Virus record (IMG/VR): IMGVR_UViG_3300045988_132927 | Span: 13,484-77,483 of that record | DNA: 64,000 nucleotides | Strand: one strand, 5' to 3' | Source of the DNA: a virus | Shown here: piece by piece, positions 21,501-29,486 of the stretch | How positions within the stretch are numbered: the stretch's first letter is position 1 | Layout: each line of letters opens with the position of its first letter | Notes under the pieces: generated by a model | The model's input: the letters and a program-made list of their open reading frames with translations, nothing else | Told to the model about the DNA's origin: nothing | Database searches by the model: none | Position numbers and translations under genes: made by a program

Positions 21501-22230
21501 TACTTTATGGCTACTTAGAAGGGCTGCCGGCATAACTTCTATCCCGGAAGGAGAAGAGGTTTATGTAGAGGGAGATGAGGTTAATAGTATTATGACCGAT
21601 ATGGAATCAAGGTACGGGATAGACACCATCAACCACTCACATACGACTAAGGCTATAAGGGATCTTAACGGTGTGTCAGGTTATAAAGTAGAATACGGCT
21701 TAACCTTTTTGACATACGATCCTTTTATTAGAATATCCAATCCAAGGAAAGAATCTAAGGCTGAGAAAGACGAGCCTCGTATATCCGAAGAACCGCTTAC
21801 TCACATATCAAGGGTGACAACTCCTTATTTCCTGTACGGCGGTGATGAAGCATATTCATCTGTTCCGGCTAAGGTAGAACCTATACCGGAGAAGATAATG
21901 GGTCGTAATGGTATTAAATTTGGTATGAGTGTAGTCGAGCTAACCAAATTAGGGTACAAAAAAGCTGGTGGAAACTGGATATATAAATTCTATATGAACT
22001 CAGGTGTGTATGATTTGTATAATATCAGTACCGGTGAAGCGTTTAGGGCAAAACCGGATCTTGGAGTTAAGATAAGTTCCAGCGCATTCATCCGTTCTTT
22101 ATCTCAATCTGGTAGAAAAATACAAAATATGATGAGTAACATGAGCCAGGAAGAGATAGATAGGAATAAGAATCTTGTAGAAGGTTCTGATAATTCGGAT
22201 TCGATAAATGAGTTAAACAAGGAGTGTTGA
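15559..22230 (+). CDS. giant virion protein (2223 aa); Gly-rich hydrophobic segment near N-terminus suggests tape-measure or ejection-type protein
   Basis: ATG overlaps the previous stop (ATGGCTGA); segment GNGMSFTVGAMISAYMTGGLGVGSLGNIGAKLGGRIGAKLAARQAANRGIG. Confidence 0.6.
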   Translation: MADNNIDRYNPAAKTTYEDVARQRKLAEEENYTPATLPETTTPLVPNYMPGEGVYAQPKFPDYASRIAAAEYEEPYIAKEISNSYSEALARNSYRGATPAPPPLNPYGPKVSIRESHQMGNDGVWRTKYPNYIPGINNEDYYARRQSGWSKFWNGVGKFALKSALYGAQGVVSLPDKLINMASEGSYKAALNTNIDKFVGDLDQQIDMLLPHYYKKEVEDYNFGQKLFKDTGNFLWNDVLGNGMSFTVGAMISAYMTGGLGVGSLGNIGAKLGGRIGAKLAARQAANRGIGSLKGVFNDYVRKGVATGRNVGEAAKTMTLLATSAGFESSVEANSFMKQSESDFKDYYRKIYGRDPNAEEMAVFRNSNADVGSAIFAANMGIVGLSNWLLFGKYIGLGGKAIPGLEKKLNKHLFGLGTEVAKPGEMAIKITNPNIGQKIAGNVFNIMKRPVSEGLWEEGSQGAVQNTAEEYVKSRYDNVAMNGAVDVLDAISEGFKKQYTSKEGWTEIGIGAIIGSLFGMREGFFGVKEYSNSQILLERQVNEYNKASSNLNTAALNTLKKSMSLGPQVRSDAQSMTGKELDDAMFEKMSIDNQMGTLEDSAENFWQMIDMMPISEIAEANGMSLEEAKKYKDSIIDNYNNRLSDFRSAQSFAEDLIGDDSKIEFRKYVARNAFLGLQSESRMKDIASVIETLSGQPRVADALSTFSRLSDRARERAMAIRGIRSRIEELESEIEDLATRPRNVEGKDPQAESIQRKTKELESLRTNYNNSLSELSTLIGKEFSIEELVSKTESVLSSPLSPISSQDVIEAYDTLVAFDDYFNVKSRQEKKFTAKDKAMRSLVNEYRRSLMDYRNMNNFLSKMLDKRFLAEENRGFSKALSSLWSTPYKGDDKVPDFAEPNKVGEYDTDEVVDQAVSEGKISEDEAWTIKAFMHALDKVREDRMKEAEDDIKESPLTESVSDEDYEAAMDNPIMVPAVRQSIIDKLYTGNADLLTAREKDVYDKYKQDFDDYVSSLGDSPVNLIKSLSEKADRLTSPRSVYEDNKAIIDMAKSNLEPDQRKELDDAISSYVDIMNRRDKGEKVDEDKLADSVFTIEDLGQVGNITDLLPYIEQNRIIDKGRISESTLSNFGEDDTNIDSLVNELDESDNTPGANIDSAQNPETLMVRRISNDGNERYEIAGLRADKFISSIKSLVPIQISSETNANGTKRYSLNIGGETATIIELPYHARWSIDKESARVLNRYTDVSIQDVGNSYSLVYKRLDSDELVPYRTGVGFGENEVDKIDQEALSSLKKGDKVNLEIDVNDTYNQSLFAEYNDAVQSGDKKRIESAENKLVSNMVIKVMSGNRFVSVVKADTGGIDGISKIRRTAFNKWKKDAGRSATIGVGTHVVAQTLPGRPVFNMKVNGQGYGQIENLPITEKGAEKVSDVGYVLNGKVVLKNGSKYTGFPFAYSILNDKGNNYKNVRVPVVVIKGKNGLNYLFPVSLRSVESEEGQKWMSFIDMLLESGDSELLQMGQDDIQDLNAYLTKLGLDPASYQVSYLNPISGLRKAREAIEKLSTVPDVVKWVEDESRNVKDIVTSEVESGIDFEGEMFVAPKIRIQFGKSSSRPKSLIEDDLPFSDEGKTVTSKVEDVEVYEEEMPEEGAARETQPVPLAQPAPAAQATQSLPGKKRTSRKNFSLMLNEIESHIEKEGLPSYANIFDFIARKIVGGDLRFLRERGNPKSLKEEMGLEPKGTVGDKISTPSSKGGKTLEEYVSWLRSQTDQVVVDYVGPRSDEQIISELKNFLKYINFVPSKALNYSLRVNGMDTLKEYGTKEEVEKMESDINSLVSKVLPTVDNKTVEDVSTAIKSNNLPAIWEPVESLDMTNEEKIEFLNNVADFLSGIPEYDAVVESIESESDNILNNEKEGSTGGGTAQANEEGGAVRAEEDGDKKGDGEGEGQSRTNVEVEGNVELPGSEEGRVDNYRKNGDKFSDISEVTLWLLRRAAGITSIPEGEEVYVEGDEVNSIMTDMESRYGIDTINHSHTTKAIRDLNGVSGYKVEYGLTFLTYDPFIRISNPRKESKAEKDEPRISEEPLTHISRVTTPYFLYGGDEAYSSVPAKVEPIPEKIMGRNGIKFGMSVVELTKLGYKKAGGNWIYKFYMNSGVYDLYNISTGEAFRAKPDLGVKISSSAFIRSLSQSGRKIQNMMSNMSQEEIDRNKNLVEGSDNSDSINELNKEC

Positions 22231-22244
22231 GTATGAGAAGGAGA
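22199..22244 (+). repeat. 46-nt junction repeat copy A (3' end of giant gene plus RBS plus ATGAGAAGGAGA start of the first small ORF starting MRRR(F/Y))
   Basis: near-identical (2 mismatches) to 22816-22861. Confidence 0.7.
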
Positions 22245-22763
22245 TTTTTTAATGCTGCGGATAATTTCGTGGGAGGATGTTATAATAAGTTATCCAATGA
22301 AGATATAAAAAGGCTTGGAGGGAAAAGACCTTATGTATGTCAGTTTAATAAAATTCATATACATATAGGGCCTGTATTAAAAGATCATGATTCCGATGTC
22401 AGTGACATAGTGTTTAATAGTGACTGGAATTATGGTGGTTATGAATCTACGGTTTATCATCATAGCAATAATGGTATTTTTATATTAGGTGGAAATAAAA
22501 TTGGTAATATAGAAGACCATATGCAAGATCTAACATATTGGTACGAATATGATCCGAGTCTTAATGAAAATTATTGTTATTATTATTATGAAGCTGATAA
22601 TAGTGGAAATGTTATTAAGTTGAATGGTGAGTTTAGTGATGTTAGCACTGTTTTTAACATTCCCAGTTTGAAAGTTACCACTCTTCGTGATGGCAGTTTG
22701 AGTTTTCCAGAGATTTATATAGAAGGAGTTTGGGATCCGTCATTGTATAAGTCGATTTTATAG
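22233..22763 (+). CDS. small beta-rich protein, MRRRF-family paralog 1 (176 aa)
   Basis: AAGGAG RBS 7 nt upstream of ATG 22233; N-terminus MRRRFF. Confidence 0.55.
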   Translation: MRRRFFNAADNFVGGCYNKLSNEDIKRLGGKRPYVCQFNKIHIHIGPVLKDHDSDVSDIVFNSDWNYGGYESTVYHHSNNGIFILGGNKIGNIEDHMQDLTYWYEYDPSLNENYCYYYYEADNSGNVIKLNGEFSDVSTVFNIPSLKVTTLRDGSLSFPEIYIEGVWDPSLYKSIL

Positions 22764-22789
22764 TTAATTTTGAAAAAAAGTTAATTATT

Positions 22790-22816
22790 ATGGGTGCCAA
22801 ATGTCAGATAGAAAAA
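22790..22816 (+). repeat. 27-nt repeat copying the 5' end of gene 23471 (atgggtgCcaaatgtcagatagaaaaa)
   Basis: 26/27 identity to 23471-23497. Confidence 0.65.
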
Positions 22817-22861
22817 TTCGATAAATGAGTTAAATAAGGAGTGTTAAGTATGAGAAGGAGA
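22816..22861 (+). repeat. 46-nt junction repeat copy B
   Basis: duplicate of 22199-22244. Confidence 0.7.
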
Positions 22862-23428
22862 TACGAAGATGTTTCAAGTCTTGTTCAGTATCAGTTGAAG
22901 ACCAATCAGCAGGGGAATATAGAGGTTTATGTTGATGACAGGTTTGTTGGAAACGTAAGTGAAGGAGTCTGTAATTGGAAGGATATTGAATACAAGAGTA
23001 AGGTTACTATATCTTTGAAAGGAGTCGAGGATAAGGCTAAAACCTCAAGTAAAAGAGTCGGTCCTTATTGTCACATTTATAGCATATTTGGAGGAAATGA
23101 ATCTTATCATGCAGGTCCGGATAGTAATATAAAAAAGAGTCCGGTTACCACCTTTATAATGTATTGTTATAAAAATGGGGATATTACAACTACCACTACT
23201 TATACTAAAAATTTATCTGGAACTCTTCAGATAGGTAAAACACAATTGACTATCAATTACAAACAAAGTAAAAGTCAGTCTTTTTCTGGTGGTGATAAAG
23301 ATTATGTAACATCCGTATCTGATTTCCCTTTTGTTACTGGTCCAGGAGATAATAGTGTTGAGTTCGAAGGAGAGGGAAGATTAATAGTTGAAACAAAGGC
23401 TTCGCATTATGAAATAGAAGTTTCATAA
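22850..23428 (+). CDS. small beta-rich protein, MRRRY paralog 2 (192 aa)
   Basis: same RBS and first four codons as paralog 1, remainder unrelated. Confidence 0.55.
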   Translation: MRRRYEDVSSLVQYQLKTNQQGNIEVYVDDRFVGNVSEGVCNWKDIEYKSKVTISLKGVEDKAKTSSKRVGPYCHIYSIFGGNESYHAGPDSNIKKSPVTTFIMYCYKNGDITTTTTYTKNLSGTLQIGKTQLTINYKQSKSQSFSGGDKDYVTSVSDFPFVTGPGDNSVEFEGEGRLIVETKASHYEIEVS

Positions 23429-23470
23429 TTTCTATTTTTTATAATACCTTTGTCCAAAATATTTATCACT

Positions 23471-25729
23471 ATGGGTGTCAAATGTCAGATAGAAAAAAAG
23501 GAAAATGAAATAAAACGGGTTAAGGCTCCTAACGGGGAGCCTTCCGTTCTTTACGAAAGTGCCTTAAAATTATTAGGAAATAGCGAACGAGCTCTTCAGG
23601 TATGGGCTAAGGCTTACACTCCTGGTTTTTTGTCGTATTACGGTCATTGGAATAACCCGGCTCCAGGGGAGATGTTTAATACCGATCCCAATGGCGAACC
23701 TCTTTTAGAAGACGTGCTGTCGTATATGAAGCGTCAGACTTATTTTGCTGATCCTTTAACGGCTCAGGACATTAAGGATGTAAGGGATTTCCTTTTGTCT
23801 ACTCATTATTTTTTCAATGCGTCTTCATTGTCTAATGCTATTCTCTTCGATTTTTATGTAGATGGCAGTTTGATACTGAATGAGAAGAATTTAAGGAGAT
23901 CCGGTTTGTATGATGAAACAGAGATAAGTCGTATTTTATCCGATCCTTCTGTTTTAAATGAGGTTTCGACTTCCATGAGAAAGTTAATAGATTATTCTAT
24001 TAACGAACATGATAGGGAAAAGGATAATTATTTTATGTCTGTTGACTATCAGTATGGTCCTATTGTTTACAAGGAGGGAGTGTTTAACCAATTTGGTAAA
24101 AAAGTGCCATATAATCCTTCTGAGCTTTATTGGGCTATGGGCAAAACAGTAGCCGGCATAAAAAACTTTTCTGAATTTTCATCTGCTTTTGAATCATTGA
24201 GGGATTCATACCCTGAACTGGTTGAAAAATTTGTCTCTGATAAAGAATTTGCCGAATCTATGTTTGATGAGTTCTCATCTATGGAAAAGATTCCGGTAAT
24301 AAACATAGAAGGGGATGATATGGTAGAAGGGAAGAGAAGGTCTTTGTCTAAGCTACAAGACTTGTCTTATTACAATTCAGGTAAAATAGAGTTCTTAAGA
24401 GCTCGTATATCAGCTTATTTACATAGGTCAAATGCCGACACCGAATCCGATTTAAGAAGCATGATATGGGATATAGAAGAGGCTTGTACGTGGTTTGGCA
24501 TAGATATAATAGGGACATCGGAAACTTATGATGGCACAGAAGAATCTTTGAATAAGATAGATAATTTGATGCTGGATCTTGATATTTATGTGGCCAGACA
24601 TAATGATGTAAATTATGCTCCAACGCTGGCATCTTCTATCGATGATGTTCTTGGTGATAGTACAGATTTTTATTATGGATCATTACCGGAGGATATGGAT
24701 AATTTGAATATTGTTTATTCTGAATCCGATATAGATCCGGTAGAAGCATTTGAGAAACACTCATTGCTTAAGGTAGATGGCAACCTATATCAAAGGATCA
24801 ACAAAGATGATCTTAACGAGATGTATCAAATATCAACAGTGTTAGCCAAGCACAACCTAACTTACTTTCCTGCTAAAATATATCCTGAATCTTGTTTTAA
24901 GAACGGCGTTTTGGATAAAGAGAAAGTACGGAACGTAGATGATAATACACTCATGGATTCTATTAAAAAATACGTCAGATCGTTCATGGATCCTCAGAAC
25001 ACAGAGGACATGATAATGACCAGGATGGCGTTCGGGCACTGGGTGGTACCTCCTGTTTCTTACGTGGATGTGGATCGGGAGTATAGTCGATATATGAACA
25101 AAAAACAAGATAGCGAAAACCCATTATCCTTATTCGATTTATACCAATCTTACCTTGACAACAAACTCCATAAAACAAAATTATATGATAATGCCTATAA
25201 GTATCTTGACTTCAAACCTGGTCCATCTTTGGGCCTTATTTCTGATGATCCTGATATTTTGAAATCAATAGAATTATCTTTATCTGGAAAAGACAGGTTG
25301 ATGTTGTTTGATTATAGCATGACCAGCACCGACCCTTCTTTATCAGAATTGTTTTATTTGGAGAAGTATGACTCTTCGTATGCCGGGAATGATTTTGAAC
25401 ACTATTTTTACACCAGGCACCCGTATTTGTTAAAAGAAAAATCGGGCCCTAATATCGTAGAGCAAGATGGTGTTATAACAGCCGAAGGTATTTATGATAA
25501 TTTTATAAGAGTAGGTAATAAGATATGGTCTAAAGTAAGCGAGAGTAGTTCCGGCTCTATCTACCAAAATCTGACAGGAACCGAATCAGAGGTAAAATAC
25601 GATTCTACTCAGAAGGCTAAGACGGTAGAAACCGATTACGCTCCATACCAAAACAGATCTGGCTTGACGCAAGACATGACCGTAAGCAAGCCTGAATTGG
25701 ATGATCTTAACAAATTAGAATGCAGGTAA
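23471..25729 (+). CDS. hypothetical protein (752 aa from ATG 23471)
   Basis: -7 box TACCTTTG at 23445-23452 precedes ATG 23471; the track's 23450 start is TTG. Confidence 0.55.
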   Translation: MGVKCQIEKKENEIKRVKAPNGEPSVLYESALKLLGNSERALQVWAKAYTPGFLSYYGHWNNPAPGEMFNTDPNGEPLLEDVLSYMKRQTYFADPLTAQDIKDVRDFLLSTHYFFNASSLSNAILFDFYVDGSLILNEKNLRRSGLYDETEISRILSDPSVLNEVSTSMRKLIDYSINEHDREKDNYFMSVDYQYGPIVYKEGVFNQFGKKVPYNPSELYWAMGKTVAGIKNFSEFSSAFESLRDSYPELVEKFVSDKEFAESMFDEFSSMEKIPVINIEGDDMVEGKRRSLSKLQDLSYYNSGKIEFLRARISAYLHRSNADTESDLRSMIWDIEEACTWFGIDIIGTSETYDGTEESLNKIDNLMLDLDIYVARHNDVNYAPTLASSIDDVLGDSTDFYYGSLPEDMDNLNIVYSESDIDPVEAFEKHSLLKVDGNLYQRINKDDLNEMYQISTVLAKHNLTYFPAKIYPESCFKNGVLDKEKVRNVDDNTLMDSIKKYVRSFMDPQNTEDMIMTRMAFGHWVVPPVSYVDVDREYSRYMNKKQDSENPLSLFDLYQSYLDNKLHKTKLYDNAYKYLDFKPGPSLGLISDDPDILKSIELSLSGKDRLMLFDYSMTSTDPSLSELFYLEKYDSSYAGNDFEHYFYTRHPYLLKEKSGPNIVEQDGVITAEGIYDNFIRVGNKIWSKVSESSSGSIYQNLTGTESEVKYDSTQKAKTVETDYAPYQNRSGLTQDMTVSKPELDDLNKLECR

Positions 25730-25771
25730 TTTTTGTGCATATATATAGTTTTTTCATAGTTATAATTTGGG

Positions 25772-25803
25772 AAGTGAGGCTTGTGAAAGTCTCACTTTTC
25801 TCA
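25772..25803 (+). terminator. Rho-independent terminator
   Basis: aagtgag / ctcactt stem plus T-rich tail. Confidence 0.5.
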
Positions 25804-25951
25804 TATATGTACGTATATCAATAACATACAAGAAAAGTTAGATTTTCATTGTTTATGAATTATTTTTATTAAGTTTGCAATATTAGTTTCAGGAAGGGAT
25901 TATGGAAATAAGGAAAAAGTAAGAACCGAACGTAACTAATAACAGTAGGAA

Positions 25952-26149
25952 ATGAGAATCAGTACCATCAAACGTAACAACAGCATTCATCTTATGTATA
26001 AAAACATTATGAATGATTTAGGTCAATTAAGAACTGTAGTTTCAAAATCCTATATTTATAATCTGATACAAAATCAAACCGGATTAAGTATCAGAACTAT
26101 ATCCCATGTACTTAACCATACCAAAGAACAGGATACAGATTCTTTGTGA
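25952..26149 (+). CDS. small HTH DNA-binding protein (LacI/Xre-type helix-turn-helix)
   Basis: QTGLSIRTISHVLN resembles the LacI-family recognition helix (AGVS.aTVSRVLN); -7 box TAAGTTTG at 25869-25876. Confidence 0.45.
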   Translation: MRISTIKRNNSIHLMYKNIMNDLGQLRTVVSKSYIYNLIQNQTGLSIRTISHVLNHTKEQDTDSL

Positions 26150-26222
26150 AAACCATACATTTTCATACATTTGTGTGTTCTTTAGTTTTTAGATTTAAGT
26201 TTTTCATGGTATTAGTTTAGAG

Positions 26223-26256
26223 ACCAGGGCTCGCAGTGATGCGGGCCCTGGTTTGA
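26223..26256 (+). terminator. GC-rich hairpin terminator
   Basis: accagggc / gccctggt 8-bp stem, then TTTGATTT. Confidence 0.5.
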
Positions 26257-26428
26257 TTTAAAAAGTATTAAAATATTTGCTATTTAAAATCCTGTTCCTA
26301 TCTTTGCTCCAGAAACAATGAACAACGAGATCCCACCTCTGGTTGTTTGATGTTGAAAGATATTTTTGGCTCATTAGGGTTTGTCATAGTGGGATCTGAC
26401 ATTCTCTTTTGGGCCTATTTTTTTTATC

Positions 26429-27313
26429 ATGGATAAAGTTTCTGTTTTTGAAAGTTCGGATTTTGGAGAGCTTAGAATTATTGTAGATCCAAAAGGAGAT
26501 GTTTGGTTTGTGGCGTCAGATGTGGCTAAATCTCTTGGATATATAAATGCTAAAGATGCGGTAAAAAGACATGTAGATGATGATGATTCTATGCTTTTGC
26601 AAGTATCTGATAATCAATGGGGCGTAAAACGATCTATATTGAAAACCAGATATATAGATAGTATAAGAATAATTAATGAATCTGGTTTATATTCTCTTAT
26701 ATTATCTTCAAAATTAGAGTCTGCTAAGAGATTTAAGAAATGGGTAACATCTGAGGTTCTTCCTTCTATTCGTAAAACAGGAGAATATAAAACAAGTTCC
26801 GGTGGAAAGGGAATTTTGGTCCCTGACTTTTCTAATCCGGCAGATGCAGCAAGAGCCTGGGCTGATCAATATGAAGCTGCTCAAAAAGCTATAGCCGAAA
26901 AGTCGCAGGCAGAGGCAGAGAAGCAACAAGCTTTGAAAACAATAGAAGAACACAAGCCCGATGTAGAATTTGCCGAGTCTTTTAGGAAAGTAGACCATAA
27001 TAATATGTGGCTGATTCGTGATATTGCAAAGAAGTTAGAGCAAAATGGTGTTATTATTGCTGAAAAGAATCTTCGCTCATTCCTTGAAGAAGCTAAATTC
27101 ATGTTTAGGAACGGTCTTGGCAAATGGGAGCTATATAGCAATGTTGTAGTTAAAGGGTATGGAGTGTATAGGTCTTATTTCATAGATAAGTATTCTGGTG
27201 ATAGAATCAATCAACAAACCATATACATGACAGGCTCCGGATATGAAGTGACCTTAAATGGTATAAAAGGAAAACTCAAAAATGTGTTTCTAAAATATGG
27301 CAAGTTTGCTTAA
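26429..27313 (+). CDS. Bro-N domain antirepressor-like protein (BRO family, N-terminal Bro-N plus C-terminal domain)
   Basis: VWFVASDVAKSLGY...INESGLYSLIL...AKRFKKWVTSEVLPSIRKTGEY matches Bro-N consensus. Confidence 0.75.
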   Translation: MDKVSVFESSDFGELRIIVDPKGDVWFVASDVAKSLGYINAKDAVKRHVDDDDSMLLQVSDNQWGVKRSILKTRYIDSIRIINESGLYSLILSSKLESAKRFKKWVTSEVLPSIRKTGEYKTSSGGKGILVPDFSNPADAARAWADQYEAAQKAIAEKSQAEAEKQQALKTIEEHKPDVEFAESFRKVDHNNMWLIRDIAKKLEQNGVIIAEKNLRSFLEEAKFMFRNGLGKWELYSNVVVKGYGVYRSYFIDKYSGDRINQQTIYMTGSGYEVTLNGIKGKLKNVFLKYGKFA

Positions 27314-27323
27314 GTTTATTTAC

Positions 27324-27363
27324 AGGTGGTGTTTTGAAAGAATAAAAAACACTACCTTTTTTT
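27324..27363 (+). terminator. Rho-independent terminator
   Basis: aggtggtgtttt / aaaacactacct 12-bp stem plus T7. Confidence 0.65.
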
Positions 27364-27489
27364 GTTTCTGTTTTTGCTGAAAATATTTCTCTTCTATAAG
27401 AAATAAACACACCTATATTCCACCTTACAATCATGAACTTTGTTACGTGCTTCATGCACGTATGTTTAACAATTAAATACTATAAAATT

Positions 27490-28497
27490 ATGGGTGGTGA
27501 TAAAATCGTCCTTTTAGATGGAGCCGGGGCTAACGGTGGTGGTGCAGCCACTAACGGTCTTCTTTCAATGATTCCCGGCATGTTTGCTAATTTAATAGGT
27601 GGTAATAAAATGGATCCGAATCTGGTGGCGGCTTTGATGAATGGTCGTAACAACCAGGACGGTTTCGGTGGGGCTAACGGTTGGTGGCTCTGGATAATTG
27701 TTTTGTTCTGGCTGTGGGGTGGACGCGGCTTCGGTAACGGTTTTGGAAATGGTGGTGATTGTTGCGCCAATGGTTTGCCGGCTCAGTTGAATAACGATTA
27801 CGGTCGTGAACTTTTGATGCAGGCAATTCAAGGTAATCGTAGTGCCATAGATCAGATCGCTTCTGCTTTGAACTGTTCTACTACTCAACTTCAGAACGCT
27901 ATCTGCAACGTACAGGGTGCTATTGATAAAGTAGCTGGTCAGGTAGGTATGACTTCTCAGGCTGTTATCAACGCAGTTCAACAACAAGGTTGTGAAATCG
28001 GAAATCAAATCAGCTCTTGCTGCTGCAATCTGAGTTCGTTGATCAATCAAAGCACTTGCCAGACTCAGGGGATGATTACTCAGCAAGGTTTTGATAACCA
28101 GCTTCGCACGTTGGAACAAACCAATATCTTGCAGAACGGTCTCAACCAAGGTCTGGCTAACAATCGTGAGCAAGCTACAAGCCAATTCAATATCTTGTCT
28201 GCGAAACTTGACGCTCAAACCGTTATGATCAACGACAAATTCTGTCAGTTGGAAATGAGGGAGATGCAGAACACTATTGCTCAACTTCGTGAAGAAAAAG
28301 CGGCTTTGACAGCTTCGGCATTATCTCAGCAACAAACCCAGAATATCGTTGGTCAATTACGCCCGACGGCCGTCCCAGCCTACCCCTCTTGTTCTCCTTA
28401 CCAGGCTTATTCTTGGGGACAGGTATTCGGAGGAGGTTACTGCAATAACGGATGTGGATGTAACAACGGATGTTGCAATAACAACGCTGCTGTCTGA
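27490..28497 (+). CDS. Gly-rich N-terminus / single transmembrane helix / Gln-Asn-rich coiled coil / Cys-rich C-terminus protein
   Basis: TM helix WWLWIIVLFWLWGG; C-terminus GGGYCNNGCGCNNGCCNNN; ATG 27490 in frame with track ORF. Confidence 0.5.
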   Translation: MGGDKIVLLDGAGANGGGAATNGLLSMIPGMFANLIGGNKMDPNLVAALMNGRNNQDGFGGANGWWLWIIVLFWLWGGRGFGNGFGNGGDCCANGLPAQLNNDYGRELLMQAIQGNRSAIDQIASALNCSTTQLQNAICNVQGAIDKVAGQVGMTSQAVINAVQQQGCEIGNQISSCCCNLSSLINQSTCQTQGMITQQGFDNQLRTLEQTNILQNGLNQGLANNREQATSQFNILSAKLDAQTVMINDKFCQLEMREMQNTIAQLREEKAALTASALSQQQTQNIVGQLRPTAVPAYPSCSPYQAYSWGQVFGGGYCNNGCGCNNGCCNNNAAV

Positions 28498-28520
28498 TTT
28501 TATTAAGAGAGGAGGCTAAT

Positions 28521-28934
28521 ATGGCTTGTGTTTCTAAAATAGGATCGTTGTATGAGATGGTTACGAAGAATGTTATTGTCAGTACGACAAATACAATCTT
28601 CGGTATTAACCCACGGGCTTGGATCGCCCTTCCGTGTGAGGGTCTTATCCTTCTTAAGATAAGGCAAGTAGTCCCCACAGCCGGAAGTGCTCTACCGGTA
28701 CAGATTGCGGTCCCGGCAAACAGCACAGTTTCAACAGTAGGAGCCGACACCTGTTGCTCGGTTACGGGAGTGAATGTCGTGAACCCTATTAACGTAGCTG
28801 TAACGGGTGCTGCTATGGTAAATGGCACAGAACGCCTTCTGTACTTCAATAAAGTTCGTGGCGTGTTAAGATTAATGGATTGCTGTGTTCCAGTAGCGGC
28901 AGCCCAGGCGTCTGAAGTTAAAGCAGGTAAATGA
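28521..28934 (+). CDS. hypothetical protein
   Basis: 137-aa ORF. Confidence 0.45.
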   Translation: MACVSKIGSLYEMVTKNVIVSTTNTIFGINPRAWIALPCEGLILLKIRQVVPTAGSALPVQIAVPANSTVSTVGADTCCSVTGVNVVNPINVAVTGAAMVNGTERLLYFNKVRGVLRLMDCCVPVAAAQASEVKAGK

Positions 28935-28941
28935 TTTCAGT

Positions 28942-28969
28942 AGGGTGATGGAGATCATCACCCTATTTT
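28942..28969 (+). terminator. hairpin terminator
   Basis: agggtgatg / catcaccct 9-bp stem then ATTTT. Confidence 0.5.
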
Positions 28970-28984
28970 CACCTAAATAATATT

Positions 28985-29479
28985 TTGATCATGTTTTCAG
29001 ATTTGAAGAAGGGGTTTCAGGTACATACCCTTGATACTAATACAGTACCTAAATACGAATTGGGAAAGGTAGTAGCCGTATCCGAACCCAGGTATCTTCC
29101 TCCTCAGCCGGGTCAGTATCAGGCGATGCAGACCCGCGTGGTGGATCTGACGGTAGAGCTCACTGGCGAAACCAAGACCTATACGGTCCCGGAATCCCAG
29201 AATGTGGCTAAGGCTATGGGTATAACATTATCTACCAGCATAGATCCGATTATGAACGAGCTGAATGCCATAAAAAGCACCAGTCAGGAAATAATAGACA
29301 GCGTAGATGCCCATCGTGCCAAGATAGAGGCTTGTGAATCTATATTAGAAGATATCAATCCGGCATTCAAGCAAACGAGAGAGCAGGATCGTAAAATAGC
29401 TGGTATAGAAAATAAGGTGAATGACCTTACTGATTCATTCGAAGATTTAAAGAAGTTAATTGTAGAACGTTTGAAATAA
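28985..29479 (+). CDS. hypothetical coiled-coil protein
   Basis: 164-aa ORF. Confidence 0.45.
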   Translation: MIMFSDLKKGFQVHTLDTNTVPKYELGKVVAVSEPRYLPPQPGQYQAMQTRVVDLTVELTGETKTYTVPESQNVAKAMGITLSTSIDPIMNELNAIKSTSQEIIDSVDAHRAKIEACESILEDINPAFKQTREQDRKIAGIENKVNDLTDSFEDLKKLIVERLK

Positions 29480-29486
29480 GTATAAT

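Noticed and set aside
22224-25729. Diversity-generating retroelement targeting the lectin-like small ORFs
   Set aside because: No reverse transcriptase gene and no template/variable repeat pair were seen in the window; the repeats present are junction duplications.
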